IMG/VR virus record: IMGVR_UViG_3300027708_000016 | Source of the DNA: a virus | Taxonomy: Duplodnaviria > Caudoviricetes | Strand: one strand, 5' to 3' | DNA: 64,000 nucleotides | Part shown: positions 49,494 through 58,823 of the stretch, in pieces | How positions within the stretch are numbered: position 1 is the stretch's first letter | How the letters are laid out: each line of letters starts with the position of its first letter | Program-made: the position numbers and the translations under genes | Notes under the pieces: generated by a model | The model's database searches: none | Seen by the model: the letters and a program-made list of their open reading frames with translations, nothing else | What the model was told of the DNA's origin: nothing

Positions 49494-49728
49494 ACTATGC
49501 AGGAAAGTGTGAGGCAGGGCAAGAAAAAAGTTTGGGATCTTTTGCGTAAGACGCTGATAGCTCCAAGGATTTTCAATGCGTAAGACGCTGAATCATAACC
49601 AGAAATCTTTTGCGTAAGACGTTGATATCCAAAACATTACTGGGTATTAGCGTCTTACGCAGCAGTCTGGGGGGTCGCCTAACATCCGAAAAAGACACAA
49701 AAAAAACCCCCACCTTTCGGTGAGGGTT
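49494..49728 (-). promoter_or_regulatory. Cassette head 3
   Basis: Motifs 49544, 49578, 49612 (+) and 49651 (-); TTGCCC-17-CATAGT; terminator about 49699-49728. Confidence 0.85.
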
Positions 49729-49750
49729 TCTTGGAAGTTAGTTGGCGATG

Positions 49751-49999
49751 TTAGTTAAGTGACTCGACCAGATCCTTGACCAGATCGACCCATGTGACTT
49801 CCGACTCGGTCTCCCAAGGAAGGGGCGCACCATGTTGATCCCAATACATCTGGAGGTAATGCTCCTTGGTCAGGTTGGGGTTTTGTCCGTCTCCGTTGCA
49901 CCAATCTTCGATCTCATTGTAGACCTTGGTTTCCAGTTCTGGCGACATCTGGCAGATGTTGCGACAGGCGATGTGGAACAGGATGGTTTGCTTTGTCAT
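49751..49999 (-). CDS. Hypothetical protein
   Basis: Single-gene cassette. Confidence 0.6.
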   Translation of the reverse strand: MTKQTILFHIACRNICQMSPELETKVYNEIEDWCNGDGQNPNLTKEHYLQMYWDQHGAPLPWETESEVTWVDLVKDLVESLN

Positions 50000-50037
50000 G
50001 GTAGTGGGTGGTGAGGAGGTTGTGCCTCACAGACATC

Positions 50038-50229
50038 AATCTAGCAGGGTCTCTGGACAGGGCAAGAACTTTCTGAAGAATCTTTGCGTAAGACGCTAAA
50101 ACCTTTTTGGGCAAGAGGTTGCGTAAGACGCTGTAAGTGTTATCGTCTTACGCATCGTAATGCGACACCATGTGTTATTGTAACACGCTGTTGTGGGGAA
50201 ACCCTCACCCTATTTCTAGGATGAGGGTT
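50038..50229 (-). promoter_or_regulatory. Cassette head 4
   Basis: Motifs 50086, 50121, 50144; TTGCCC-16-TG.TAGATT; hairpin CCCTCA/TGAGGG. Confidence 0.8.
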
Positions 50230-50255
50230 CTTGCTATCACCCCACTACGAGTAAA

Positions 50256-50516
50256 TTAGTAAAGGTGTGCTGTGGTCTCTGTCACCTTGTTGTTATTGAT
50301 CTTGTGTTCAAACATGATCTCCTTTGCAAACCCCCTCATGATGCAACGAGGTTGGCGTTTCTGTGCGTGAGTTTCAATATCCACTCCATGAGTCTTGACA
50401 TGGTGGACGATATGACAGACCTTCTCCCAGTGCATGGTAAGGACATTGCGACCTTGCTTGACGGACTCTGCCTTGTAGTAGTGGAAGAAGAAGCGTTTTG
50501 GTTTGAGTGTTTTCAT
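50256..50516 (-). CDS. Hypothetical basic protein
   Basis: FFFHYYK...HVKTH...QPRCIMRG. Confidence 0.6.
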   Translation of the reverse strand: MKTLKPKRFFFHYYKAESVKQGRNVLTMHWEKVCHIVHHVKTHGVDIETHAQKRQPRCIMRGFAKEIMFEHKINNNKVTETTAHLY

Positions 50517-50539
50517 AGTGGTTGTTGATTACGATTAAG

Positions 50540-50758
50540 AGAATACAACAAGCCTGTTGAAGTGCAAGAGAAATCTTCAGAAATCTTTTCAATCTTTGCG
50601 TAAGACGTTGATAGTAAATAATTTGCTAATAACAGCGTCTTACGCACGTGGCAGCACCCCGCTGCGGGTGGACACTCGTGGTAATGCGACACCATGTTTT
50701 GTTTTTTCAAAGTGTGCTATAAAAACAAAAGCCTCCCACCCCGAAGGATGGAAGGCTC
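50540..50758 (-). promoter_or_regulatory. Cassette head 5
   Basis: Dyad 50598/50636; TTGCAC -35 is 30 nt from motif; terminator about 50726-50758. Confidence 0.8.
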
Positions 50759-50781
50759 TTGCTGAAGGGTTGGAGGTTAGT

Positions 50782-51771
50782 CTATGCCACTAGAAGAATC
50801 TGTTCACCCCTTGCTTTGACTCTGTTGGTTTCCTTGTCATCGGTGAGAATGGAGAACCAATCCCTCTTGCTCTCACTAGCAGAACCGAACTCACTGGAAA
50901 CATATTGCTTCCAAGGATTCTTGTCTCCCCCAGAGGATTCATGGGAGAAGTAATCGGTTGCTCCACTGAAGAGATCAGCCATAGTCTTTCCCCTGTTGCC
51001 TTTGCCTGTCTTATAGAGATCCACTACCCTGTCCACCATGTTGATAGTGCGAGTTGAAACCTTTGTATCTGCTTCAAAGGTTGGAGGAGTGAGGATACCG
51101 AAGGTGATTTTCCTTGCTGTCTCCTCTTCACAATCCATGCTTTCCATAGAGTCCATTGCCATTTGGAACTCTCTTGTCACTCCATAGTGCCTGTCGATTG
51201 CCTCACTCATGCCATCCAATCTGTTTGCGGCATTCTTTGTGTGCTTGATTCTCATGTTGAACTCTCCTTTACGAGAGAGTGCAAGGGTGAGGGTGTTCTG
51301 ACACACGATGCAGGTGAGACCAGAGTTGGCAATCAGAGCAGAGATACCACCATGACCCCAAGTAATGTTGAGCATATTCTCATGCTCTCTGTTCCCTGCA
51401 ACAATGTTGTCGGAGAGTTTGATGGAAACAAATACCTTTGAACGAGAGCAGACGCTTCCCAAGGAAACTACCTTGTTCTGGGTTCCAATGAGTGCATCCT
51501 TGATCATGGATAGAACCTGTTCGTTGGTGATGAGACAATACTTGTCACTCACTGGATTGCCAATGGGCAGACCATTATCTAGAGAGACAATCTGTTTGAA
51601 GGGAGTCTCCACTTCATTCTCTCCGACCTTATAGGTGAGAGGGAGGGTGATCATGGGATAGGAGATTTCGCAATCCTCGTCGAGTTTGATTTCGGGCTTG
51701 ACCTTGGTGAGTCCGTGCCATGCTTGTTCGATTCCTACCTGTATGTCTGTGTCTTCAATCATGTGTGCCAT
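50782..51771 (-). CDS. DUF932 (TIGR03299 phage/plasmid-like) protein
   Basis: AWHGL, VSDKYCLITN, LGSVCSRSKVFV, VCQNTL, IKHT.NA, ATDYFSHE; start refined to MAHM. Confidence 0.8.
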   Translation of the reverse strand: MAHMIEDTDIQVGIEQAWHGLTKVKPEIKLDEDCEISYPMITLPLTYKVGENEVETPFKQIVSLDNGLPIGNPVSDKYCLITNEQVLSMIKDALIGTQNKVVSLGSVCSRSKVFVSIKLSDNIVAGNREHENMLNITWGHGGISALIANSGLTCIVCQNTLTLALSRKGEFNMRIKHTKNAANRLDGMSEAIDRHYGVTREFQMAMDSMESMDCEEETARKITFGILTPPTFEADTKVSTRTINMVDRVVDLYKTGKGNRGKTMADLFSGATDYFSHESSGGDKNPWKQYVSSEFGSASESKRDWFSILTDDKETNRVKARGEQILLVA

Positions 51772-51815
51772 CGTTGTGGGTGTCGGTTTGGTCAGTTGAC
51801 TCTTCTGTATTGCTG

Positions 51816-52022
51816 ATAATAGGGAAAACAAATCCATCTGCAAGAAAAATCTTTCAGCTAGGAATAGATTCTTTGCGTAAGACGTTGAAAGTAAATAGAT
51901 GTCCAGATAACAGCGTCTTACGCAGCCATCGAGGGCGGACGGGTTTGGGTGTCGAGTCATCGAGTTTGATCGAGACACAAAAAAAAACCCCCACCTTTCG
52001 GTGAGGGTCTTTGCGTAAGACG
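51816..52022 (-). promoter_or_regulatory. Cassette head 6
   Basis: Dyad 51875/51914, extra motif 52013 abutting terminator; TTGCAG..TATTAT, 31 nt from motif. Confidence 0.85.
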
Positions 52023-52032
52023 CTAGTAGGGT

Positions 52033-52482
52033 CTAGCCTATGGAGATGATGTTATCCATCTGAACCACGAAACAAGGTTTCGGGTTGGGTTTCTTGTTGC
52101 TCTCGGTGAGCATCCCCTGATACTCCTCCTTGGCAACCTCCTTGCCATCCACAAGGTATGTCACCTTGGGTGCTTGGATCACGCCCCCTGTTGCTGGGTA
52201 GAGGCGAAGGTAATCCTTCTCCTTGTGCGTGATGTGGAAAGGGAACTTTGCCCATGTTCCCCAAGGAAGAGGCTCAACTTCCCCCCTCTCCCCACGAGCG
52301 ATTGCCTCCTTCACTTCAGAGAGATTGGCATAATCAATCCCTGCACGAAACGCCCCAGAGGTGATCTTCTCAAGGGTATGCCCCTTGAACTCTTTGGCTG
52401 GCTTGCTCTCCGACTTGAACTCAACATGAACATGCTGTCCAGTGAGTGAACCGACTACCGACATGACTGCTTCTGATTTCAT
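52033..52482 (-). CDS. Conserved phage hypothetical protein
   Basis: RAGIDYANL, LPWGTW, YLRLYP; start refined. Confidence 0.6.
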   Translation of the reverse strand: MKSEAVMSVVGSLTGQHVHVEFKSESKPAKEFKGHTLEKITSGAFRAGIDYANLSEVKEAIARGERGEVEPLPWGTWAKFPFHITHKEKDYLRLYPATGGVIQAPKVTYLVDGKEVAKEEYQGMLTESNKKPNPKPCFVVQMDNIISIG

Positions 52483-52557
52483 CGTAGGTGATGTCTCCAG
52501 TTGTTCGATTGCTCCTGCCCCTCGTAGGTGATGGGTTGAGTCGCTTTCGATATAGTG

Positions 52558-52754
52558 AATGTAGTGGATCAATTCCCAAGGTGCAAGAAAAACCTTCGGA
52601 ATCTTTGCGTAAGACGTTGAAAGTAAAAAGATGTCCGAATAACAGCGTCTTACGCAGTTTCAGGAGGCACGGACGGGTTCAGGGTTAGGTTTCAGGATTG
52701 GATGAAGGCACAAAAAAACCCCCACCGATTTCTCGGTGAGGGTTGCGTAAGACG
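52558..52754 (-). promoter_or_regulatory. Cassette head 7
   Basis: Dyad 52607/52646, extra motif 52745; TTGCAC-17-TACATT, 20 nt from motif. Confidence 0.85.
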
Positions 52755-52762
52755 CTGGGAGT

Positions 52763-53416
52763 CTAGTGTTGCTTGTAATTCACTAGGTAGACATTCTTAT
52801 CCCAACAGGCTCGACATGATCCGCAGACATTCCCTTGTGAGGGTGCAGGGCAGGTATAACCAACAGCAGAGGAAACGCCCGACACTTGAACGCCTAGTCT
52901 TTTTGCGATTGCATCGGGTGTCTTTCCGTCAATCATAAGAGCAGAGAGACGAATGCAGAGATTTTCTGGGATAGTGTTTCCCTCTTTCTCTATGTAGTCG
53001 CTGACGATGGAGTATTCCCTAGTAGGAAGCCAGAACTTGATAAAGGGAAGATTCTTTGCCACTTGGCAAATCTTTTCCAAGTGCCAAGTGCCTTGCAAGT
53101 CTCCGCTATCGTGCCAGCGAAAGAATCCGCTTTTCTCTTTCTTGGAAATCAGAAAGGTGATTGCCTCCGTCCACCTAGGATCTAAAAGGGAGGCAAAACG
53201 CTTTTCCATAGCTTCAATGACATTCTGGAATATGTAACGCCCCTTGCAAGCATAACACTTCTCGCAAACCGAACCGACGATTTTGCGTAGGATGCTTCCG
53301 ATCTTGCAACGAAAAGCAGGGGTGTTGTATGAGTAGCCTGGCATTTTTGAAGGTGCCGACAGGGTGTGAACGATTGCCTCCGCTTGCTTGGCAGTTTTTA
53401 AGGTAGTGGTTGTCAT
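52763..53416 (-). CDS. GP88-like putative Fe-S protein
   Basis: SKMPGYSY, C..G......VCEKCYA, FRWHDSGD, WLPTRE, CPA......CGSCRACW. Confidence 0.8.
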   Translation of the reverse strand: MTTTTLKTAKQAEAIVHTLSAPSKMPGYSYNTPAFRCKIGSILRKIVGSVCEKCYACKGRYIFQNVIEAMEKRFASLLDPRWTEAITFLISKKEKSGFFRWHDSGDLQGTWHLEKICQVAKNLPFIKFWLPTREYSIVSDYIEKEGNTIPENLCIRLSALMIDGKTPDAIAKRLGVQVSGVSSAVGYTCPAPSQGNVCGSCRACWDKNVYLVNYKQH

Positions 53417-53424
53417 AGGGCATC

Positions 53425-53675
53425 AACATAGCAAAGTCGTTGGAGGGTGCAAGAAAAATCTTCGGAATCTTTGCGTAAGACGCTAATACTCCAATCCTAG
53501 AATCCCCCAGAAGGATTCCCCCTACGGGGGAATCCTTTATGCGTAAGACGTTGATAGTAGGATATTTATAAATAACAACGTCTTACGCACAGGTCTGGGG
53601 TTGCCCGTAGTAAGACGAATTCTTACTCATAAGGCAAAGAAAAACCCCTTGAATAGGGAATATGTATTCAAGGGG
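53425..53675 (-). promoter_or_regulatory. Cassette head 8
   Basis: Motifs 53473, 53541, 53579; 12-bp hairpin aaggattccccc/gggggaatcctt between them; TTGCAC..TG.TATGTT, 20 nt from motif. Confidence 0.85.
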
Positions 53676-54539
53676 TAAGGCAAACTCCTACCGACTAGGA
53701 GTTTATGTTGTTTTTCTTCTATGCATTTTCGTCTTCTGGATGTTTTTCCCTGCAATAAGTTGCTACTCCTGCATCATAACCCCACTTGTATTGAATGTGG
53801 GAGATGGCATTCTTTTCTCCATCGTAAGGATTATTCTCTACTCCTTGGATATACCCATCGTTGAAACCACGGACATATGATTTGGTATTTGGGTTTGGGT
53901 GTGTCATAATCCGTGGATCTTGATGTGGTGTTGGATTGCCTCTACCAATTCCTTTAGTTTATTATTTGGAACTGATAGTGCGTGTTCAAACCTTTCATCA
54001 TCATGCCTAATGTTGAAGTTTGTATATTCATCAAATTCTTCGGAGATTTCGATGACAAGATCTTTTTTTTCTTGGTATCCTATATCCATAATGATACTGG
54101 TTTTGATTTTCATTTAGTGTATTATTGGTTGGGTTTGTTTTTTTGTGGTAATGCCGCACCATGTTCTATTAAAACACACTTTGCATTTGAACTTTAGTTT
54201 GTATTGAGAGCTTTGATATCTTTACCCACAGAGAAGGAGATGAGTAAAGAACCCAATACTACAAGCATTGGATACTTTGACCAGTTCTCTTCTTCATGGA
54301 GGGCATCCAATAGATTCTTGATCTTCTGGGTTTGTTGTTTTGTCATATCTTTGTATTGTCCACAACATTGTCAAACTTGTCAAGCAACTCCTGTAGATCA
54401 GGATCGTTGACGTAAACTCTCTCAATGTATTCATAGAGTTCATTTGCTGTATCGATTATATTTATTGTTTTTGTTTGTAGATGAAAGTATTCACGAATCA
54501 TTGCTTTCCTCGTGAGATCTTTGTATTGGAGTTCTGTCA

Positions 54540-55151
54540 TTATTCATCATCCTCGTTTTCCTCTTGGCAGTCAAGGAAATACTGGACATCCAACTCCTCC
54601 TTCAAATGTTCTGGGCAATCATCAATATCATCATAGCAGTTGTCACTCTCTGATCCATCTGCATTGACAAAGTATTCTCCTCCGAACATCCAACCCTCAT
54701 CGTAGTAACTCATACGAAGGGACTCACCCGTAAGCTTTGCAAGTTCTCTGATGACATTAATCGGAGGACTCCATGCCGTTTGAAATCCAACGTCTGAAAG
54801 ATCATCAATCTCGTTGAAACCATCTTCCAAGGTATAACAAGAGTATGCATTCCATTTGGTGTCCCAGTTGGCAACACTCCAATCATACCAAGATTTGAAT
54901 CCATAATCCTTTTCATTCTGCTCTTGTAAAAGATCATGTGCTTTCTGTCTTGCTTCTACTTCTTCTGGTGTCCTTTCCTTGGTGATCTCTTCAACGGAAG
55001 ATGAGTAACAAGTCTTTAGGATTCCTTCTGGCATGGGGAGGATCTTGTTGAAGTCAATACTCTTGCCATCATCTGTAAGATAAGGTTTGATGATTGATCC
55101 GATGGTCTTTCCACTAGTGCAGGAAAGGAGGTTGGTGCAATGGTTAGGCAT
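54540..55151 (-). CDS. DUF1281/YubB ferredoxin-like domain protein
   Basis: MPNHCTN, WYDW..NWDTKWNA, FQTAWSPP, YYDEG..F.G. Confidence 0.82.
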   Translation of the reverse strand: MPNHCTNLLSCTSGKTIGSIIKPYLTDDGKSIDFNKILPMPEGILKTCYSSSVEEITKERTPEEVEARQKAHDLLQEQNEKDYGFKSWYDWSVANWDTKWNAYSCYTLEDGFNEIDDLSDVGFQTAWSPPINVIRELAKLTGESLRMSYYDEGWMFGGEYFVNADGSESDNCYDDIDDCPEHLKEELDVQYFLDCQEENEDDE

Positions 55152-56652
55152 AGTGTTATTGGGTTGGTTGTTTTGGAGTATTGAATGGTATGATTAAAGG
55201 TTGGTCATTGGCAAGAAGAAAATCTGTAATCATCTGGATTATTTTATTCTTGACTTTATCTTTGCAATGCTCTGGACGAAACTGGATAGTTCTTCTACCT
55301 TGGAAATAATGATTGATTCCGAACTTACCAATATGTTGGTGAACTTCGGTTCTTTTAAATCTTTCCAATTCCTTGGAAGGAAGTTCACCATCTTCAAAGA
55401 TGATTGTCCAATGAACAGATCTTTGTTCATGCAAAGGATCATCAATAAATTCGTGGGAGATTCTTCTGCTATGTATTCTCATTCTGTTGGTATTGGGTAG
55501 GTTTGATTGATAAAGATCTCCACTTCACGATCAAAGGGAGTCATTTGGTTTTTCTTTGCGAAATTGATTCTCACCATATCTCTCTTGATAATGCGAGTCC
55601 ACTTGTTATTGTTCTTCCAACTCTTTCTAGAGTCAATAATCTGATACCATTCCTCGTTAAGATTAGATGTAACAGACGGAGAGATGTTCACATTAAACCA
55701 TCTGTTCTCCTCGCTAAAATGTTTAGCAAGGTTTCCTTGTGCTGGTTTGCTGGTGAAGGTTATCATGATAGTCTCGTATTGTCTTTCATTTGTTGTTGGG
55801 TAGGGTGTCGATTGATTTGAAGGATTGCTCTACTAGTTCATAGAAGTAATACCTGCTGTGCATCAGATCAGTTGTATAGAGATCCTTCATCAAGTCAAGT
55901 GCTTTCTTTTTGTCCTTGGGAATATCTCCTGTCGAGTATAAGTGCTGAAGCATTTCCTTATCACTATACACATGGATAAGGTAATGCGTTGAGTCTCTAG
56001 AAACTTTCTTGGGTTTCTTTGGTTTGGTGGGTTTGGGTTCTTTCATAGTGATCCGTATTTGTTGTAATAGCAACCTACTACAAACAACAGCAATAGGACA
56101 AGCATTATCTGTTCTCGATTTCGGGTAAGACGAGGAAAGTCTTCAAGTGTTTGAAGGCACTTCCAAGGCAGGAATCCAAAGAAAGGAAACCATACTCGGT
56201 TTGCGTAAGACCTTGAACATCATCGTATTCGTATCCATAAAGATTGTGTTCTGTGAAGAAAAGGATGGTAAGAGTTGGAATATGTTTTTGCATTTGTTTT
56301 TTTGTTGAGATGGTTTCTAGGTTGCCCCCCTCTCTTGAACCACTAAGAGAGGGAGGACTTCCCTATGAACTCTATTGAGCCACTACTCTCAATAGATACC
56401 ACCAAATTTATATTATAGGTTTTTAATGATTTGTCAAGAATCTTTGACTATTAGTAAAGATTGTATTTGTAATTTCCGATCTGGTTATTGTTAAACAAAC
56501 GAGTGTGCCAGTTGCTGTGAGTCGTCTCCATGATATGCATGAAGATGAGAGAATTCTTTGGGTTGACTTCCTTTCCGAAGAAACGAAGTAGTAGTGTGAT
56601 TGGATCTTTCATTGGACTTATAGTATGATTGTTTTTGGGTTTGGTGTCAATA

Positions 56653-57234
56653 TCAATCTTTGGATTTCTTTGTAGCGTAAGACTTCCAGATCGTCAAATC
56701 CAAATCGGCAGGAGTCATCTGGTGAATAATTGCTTCTTGCAAGAACAACTTCTCAATCTCTGCGTATTTCTTTTTCGGAGGAGTTGCTTTAGGAATACTC
56801 TTATATCCCTTCTCACTCATCCACTTCAAGATGTGTGTATCAAGCACAGCAACATTGGCATCTGGTCGAGAGTGAAGGATAAAGAAACGAGCAGTCTTTG
56901 ATCCGATACCTTTGATGCTCTCCAGTTGTTCGATGGTGACCTTGGACAAACGACCTTTGAACTTGAGGATCTCCTTGAATGCATGACCGATCCTTTTGTA
57001 TTGACCTAGCTTAAACTCCTTCATCTGGATCTCAAGCCACCCCATGCTAGACAGACGAGAAATAAGAGCAAAGGGTTTGCCTTTCTCCTTATGCATACAA
57101 TGTTTGAGGAAAGCATCTAGCTTCCTTGCCTGTTGCTCTGCTCCTTTGCCAGCAACGAGGATTGCGAACATAAGGAACTCTTCCAGTTCAGCTTCGGTGC
57201 GATTATAGTTGGTGATGGTGGTTGGTGTGATCAT
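56653..57234 (-). CDS. HhH-GPD base-excision DNA glycosylase-like protein
   Basis: LESIKGIGSKTARFF (HhH), VAVLDTHILKW, DLTIW. Confidence 0.85.
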   Translation of the reverse strand: MITPTTITNYNRTEAELEEFLMFAILVAGKGAEQQARKLDAFLKHCMHKEKGKPFALISRLSSMGWLEIQMKEFKLGQYKRIGHAFKEILKFKGRLSKVTIEQLESIKGIGSKTARFFILHSRPDANVAVLDTHILKWMSEKGYKSIPKATPPKKKYAEIEKLFLQEAIIHQMTPADLDLTIWKSYATKKSKD

Positions 57235-57239
57235 AGGTA

Positions 57240-57653
57240 TTAGAAACTAGCGATTGCTTTGATTGTGTCAAGTCTTTTTGATTCGACTTTCCAACTATCT
57301 GTAATTCTCTGGAGAGGAGTATTTGTCAGATGGTCGTATATGATGCCATCAATGATAGCAAAGGCATGACCACGACGACGAACCAAGTAGCGACCAGTTG
57401 GGTATCTTTCAAGGAATTTTTGGATGGTTATAGGTTTGTGTTTCATCTTGCGAAGACTGATACCATGCTTCTTTGCTGTCAAGGCTAATTTTTCGGTATG
57501 AAATCCACGACCAGTTTTTCTTCCTGCGGCTTTTCCTATTTCAAAAGCTTCATTATAGGGAATGCCAGCAGATGTGGACAATGCACAGATGGTGCAGTTG
57601 TTGTTGTCTTTGATACCAGAATCTTTCTCTGGTGTAACTCTGATGTGTTTCAT
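57240..57653 (-). CDS. Conserved phage protein with Cys...His pattern (possible papain-like fold)
   Basis: DNNNCTICALS..., GHAFAIIDG; start refined. Confidence 0.5.
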   Translation of the reverse strand: MKHIRVTPEKDSGIKDNNNCTICALSTSAGIPYNEAFEIGKAAGRKTGRGFHTEKLALTAKKHGISLRKMKHKPITIQKFLERYPTGRYLVRRRGHAFAIIDGIIYDHLTNTPLQRITDSWKVESKRLDTIKAIASF

Positions 57654-57682
57654 TGGTAGTAGTTTGGTTTGGTTTGGAAATA

Positions 57683-57822
57683 TGCCAAGAACTTTCTGCA
57701 CCAACCTTTGCGTAAGACGTTGAAAGTAAAATATATTTAAATAACAACGTCTTACGCAGTTTACGGGCTGCGGCTGCGGGAACCTTTCGAGGCACAAAAA
57801 AACCCGTCGAAATCGACGGGTT
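57683..57822 (-). promoter_or_regulatory. Cassette head 9
   Basis: 13-bp perfect dyad 57710/57748; terminator ACCCGTCG-AAAT-CGACGGGT; promoter weak. Confidence 0.75.
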
Positions 57823-57829
57823 AAAATTG

Positions 57830-57901
57830 TGGGATCGTCGAGACTCGAACTCGAAACCAATTCGTTAAAAGCGAACTGCTCTACCATTGAGCTACGATCC
57901 C
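57830..57901 (-). tRNA. tRNA-Lys(UUU), no encoded CCA
   Basis: GTTCG-CTTTTAA-CGAAT. Confidence 0.92.
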
Positions 57902-58144
57902 ATCGGTATCCTTATATCTTTGGATAAATTGTATTTTTAAGCAATGCCAAAATATCCTCGTTCAATACCTGAAGGAGTATAGGCGCATCAAAAAAAGCAA
58001 AAAGGTGTTCACCAACCAGAAAAACCCTATACTTACCTTTGTATTCATTTTTAAGTTCGACAACGAACTCCTGAGACATTTGACTAGAGATATGTCTTGC
58101 AGTATTCATTTGTCTATTGTAAAGATTTTTTAATTTATTGTCAA

Positions 58145-58219
58145 TGGTGCTTTCAGTAGGAATCGAACCTACATTTGATCTTTAGAAGAGATCAGTCCTA
58201 TCCGTTGAACGATGAAAGC
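58145..58219 (-). tRNA. tRNA-Arg(UCU)
   Basis: GATCT-CTTCTAA-AGATC; CCA. Confidence 0.92.
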
Positions 58220-58227
58220 ATATTGAC

Positions 58228-58300
58228 TGCCCTCGGAGGGATTCGAACCCCCAACCAATCAGTTATGAGCCGACTGCTCTGACCATTGAGCTACAAGGGC
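58228..58300 (-). tRNA. tRNA-CAU (Ile2 or elongator Met)
   Basis: GTCGG-CTCATAA-CTGAT; canonical D- and T-loops. Confidence 0.88.
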
Positions 58301-58823
58301 GAAGGTTCTAAAGTTCTATTGGAATGTCATGGAGTTCTGAACCAATAGGAATGTTTTTATTGTCTGTTCCATTGTTTCCGAACAAGTCATCTGTTGGTTC
58401 AAAGATCCCCCTTTTTGGAGAATAGTAATCATCCTTTGAAGTGATTAGAGATTCAACCCAACTCTCATCTTCCGCCCAAGGGTTGCTCTTTGGAAGATGA
58501 ACCCTGTATGCGTAAGACATAGTTAGGAGAGTAGGAACTCATAAAGGTTTCCAACAATCAGGCGATTGTCATTGGTGATTAGTGCATTCTCCAACTCATC
58601 GTAGAAAATGACTGCTTTGTTTCCACCGATAACAATGTCTGGTAGACCTTCATCGTAGGTTGCATCTCCGTTCCAGTAATCGACTTCAATATCGAAAACT
58701 TTGTTTCCTGCTTCATCGAGAGTATAACCTTGGATGTTTTTTGCTTCCTTGATCTTCTTGACAATCATCTGGGTGTTTGTCAGAAGTTGCTCTCCATCTT
58801 CATCAATTATTGTTGACATTGTA

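Noticed and set aside
50782-51978. Long N-terminal extensions in the ORF track (also 48080..48328, 49115..49576, 57240..57887, 59954..61993)
   Set aside because: Extensions run through the promoter, dyad or tRNA sequences (hence recurring LRKT/SYAK translations); downstream ATGs after the predicted TSS are preferred
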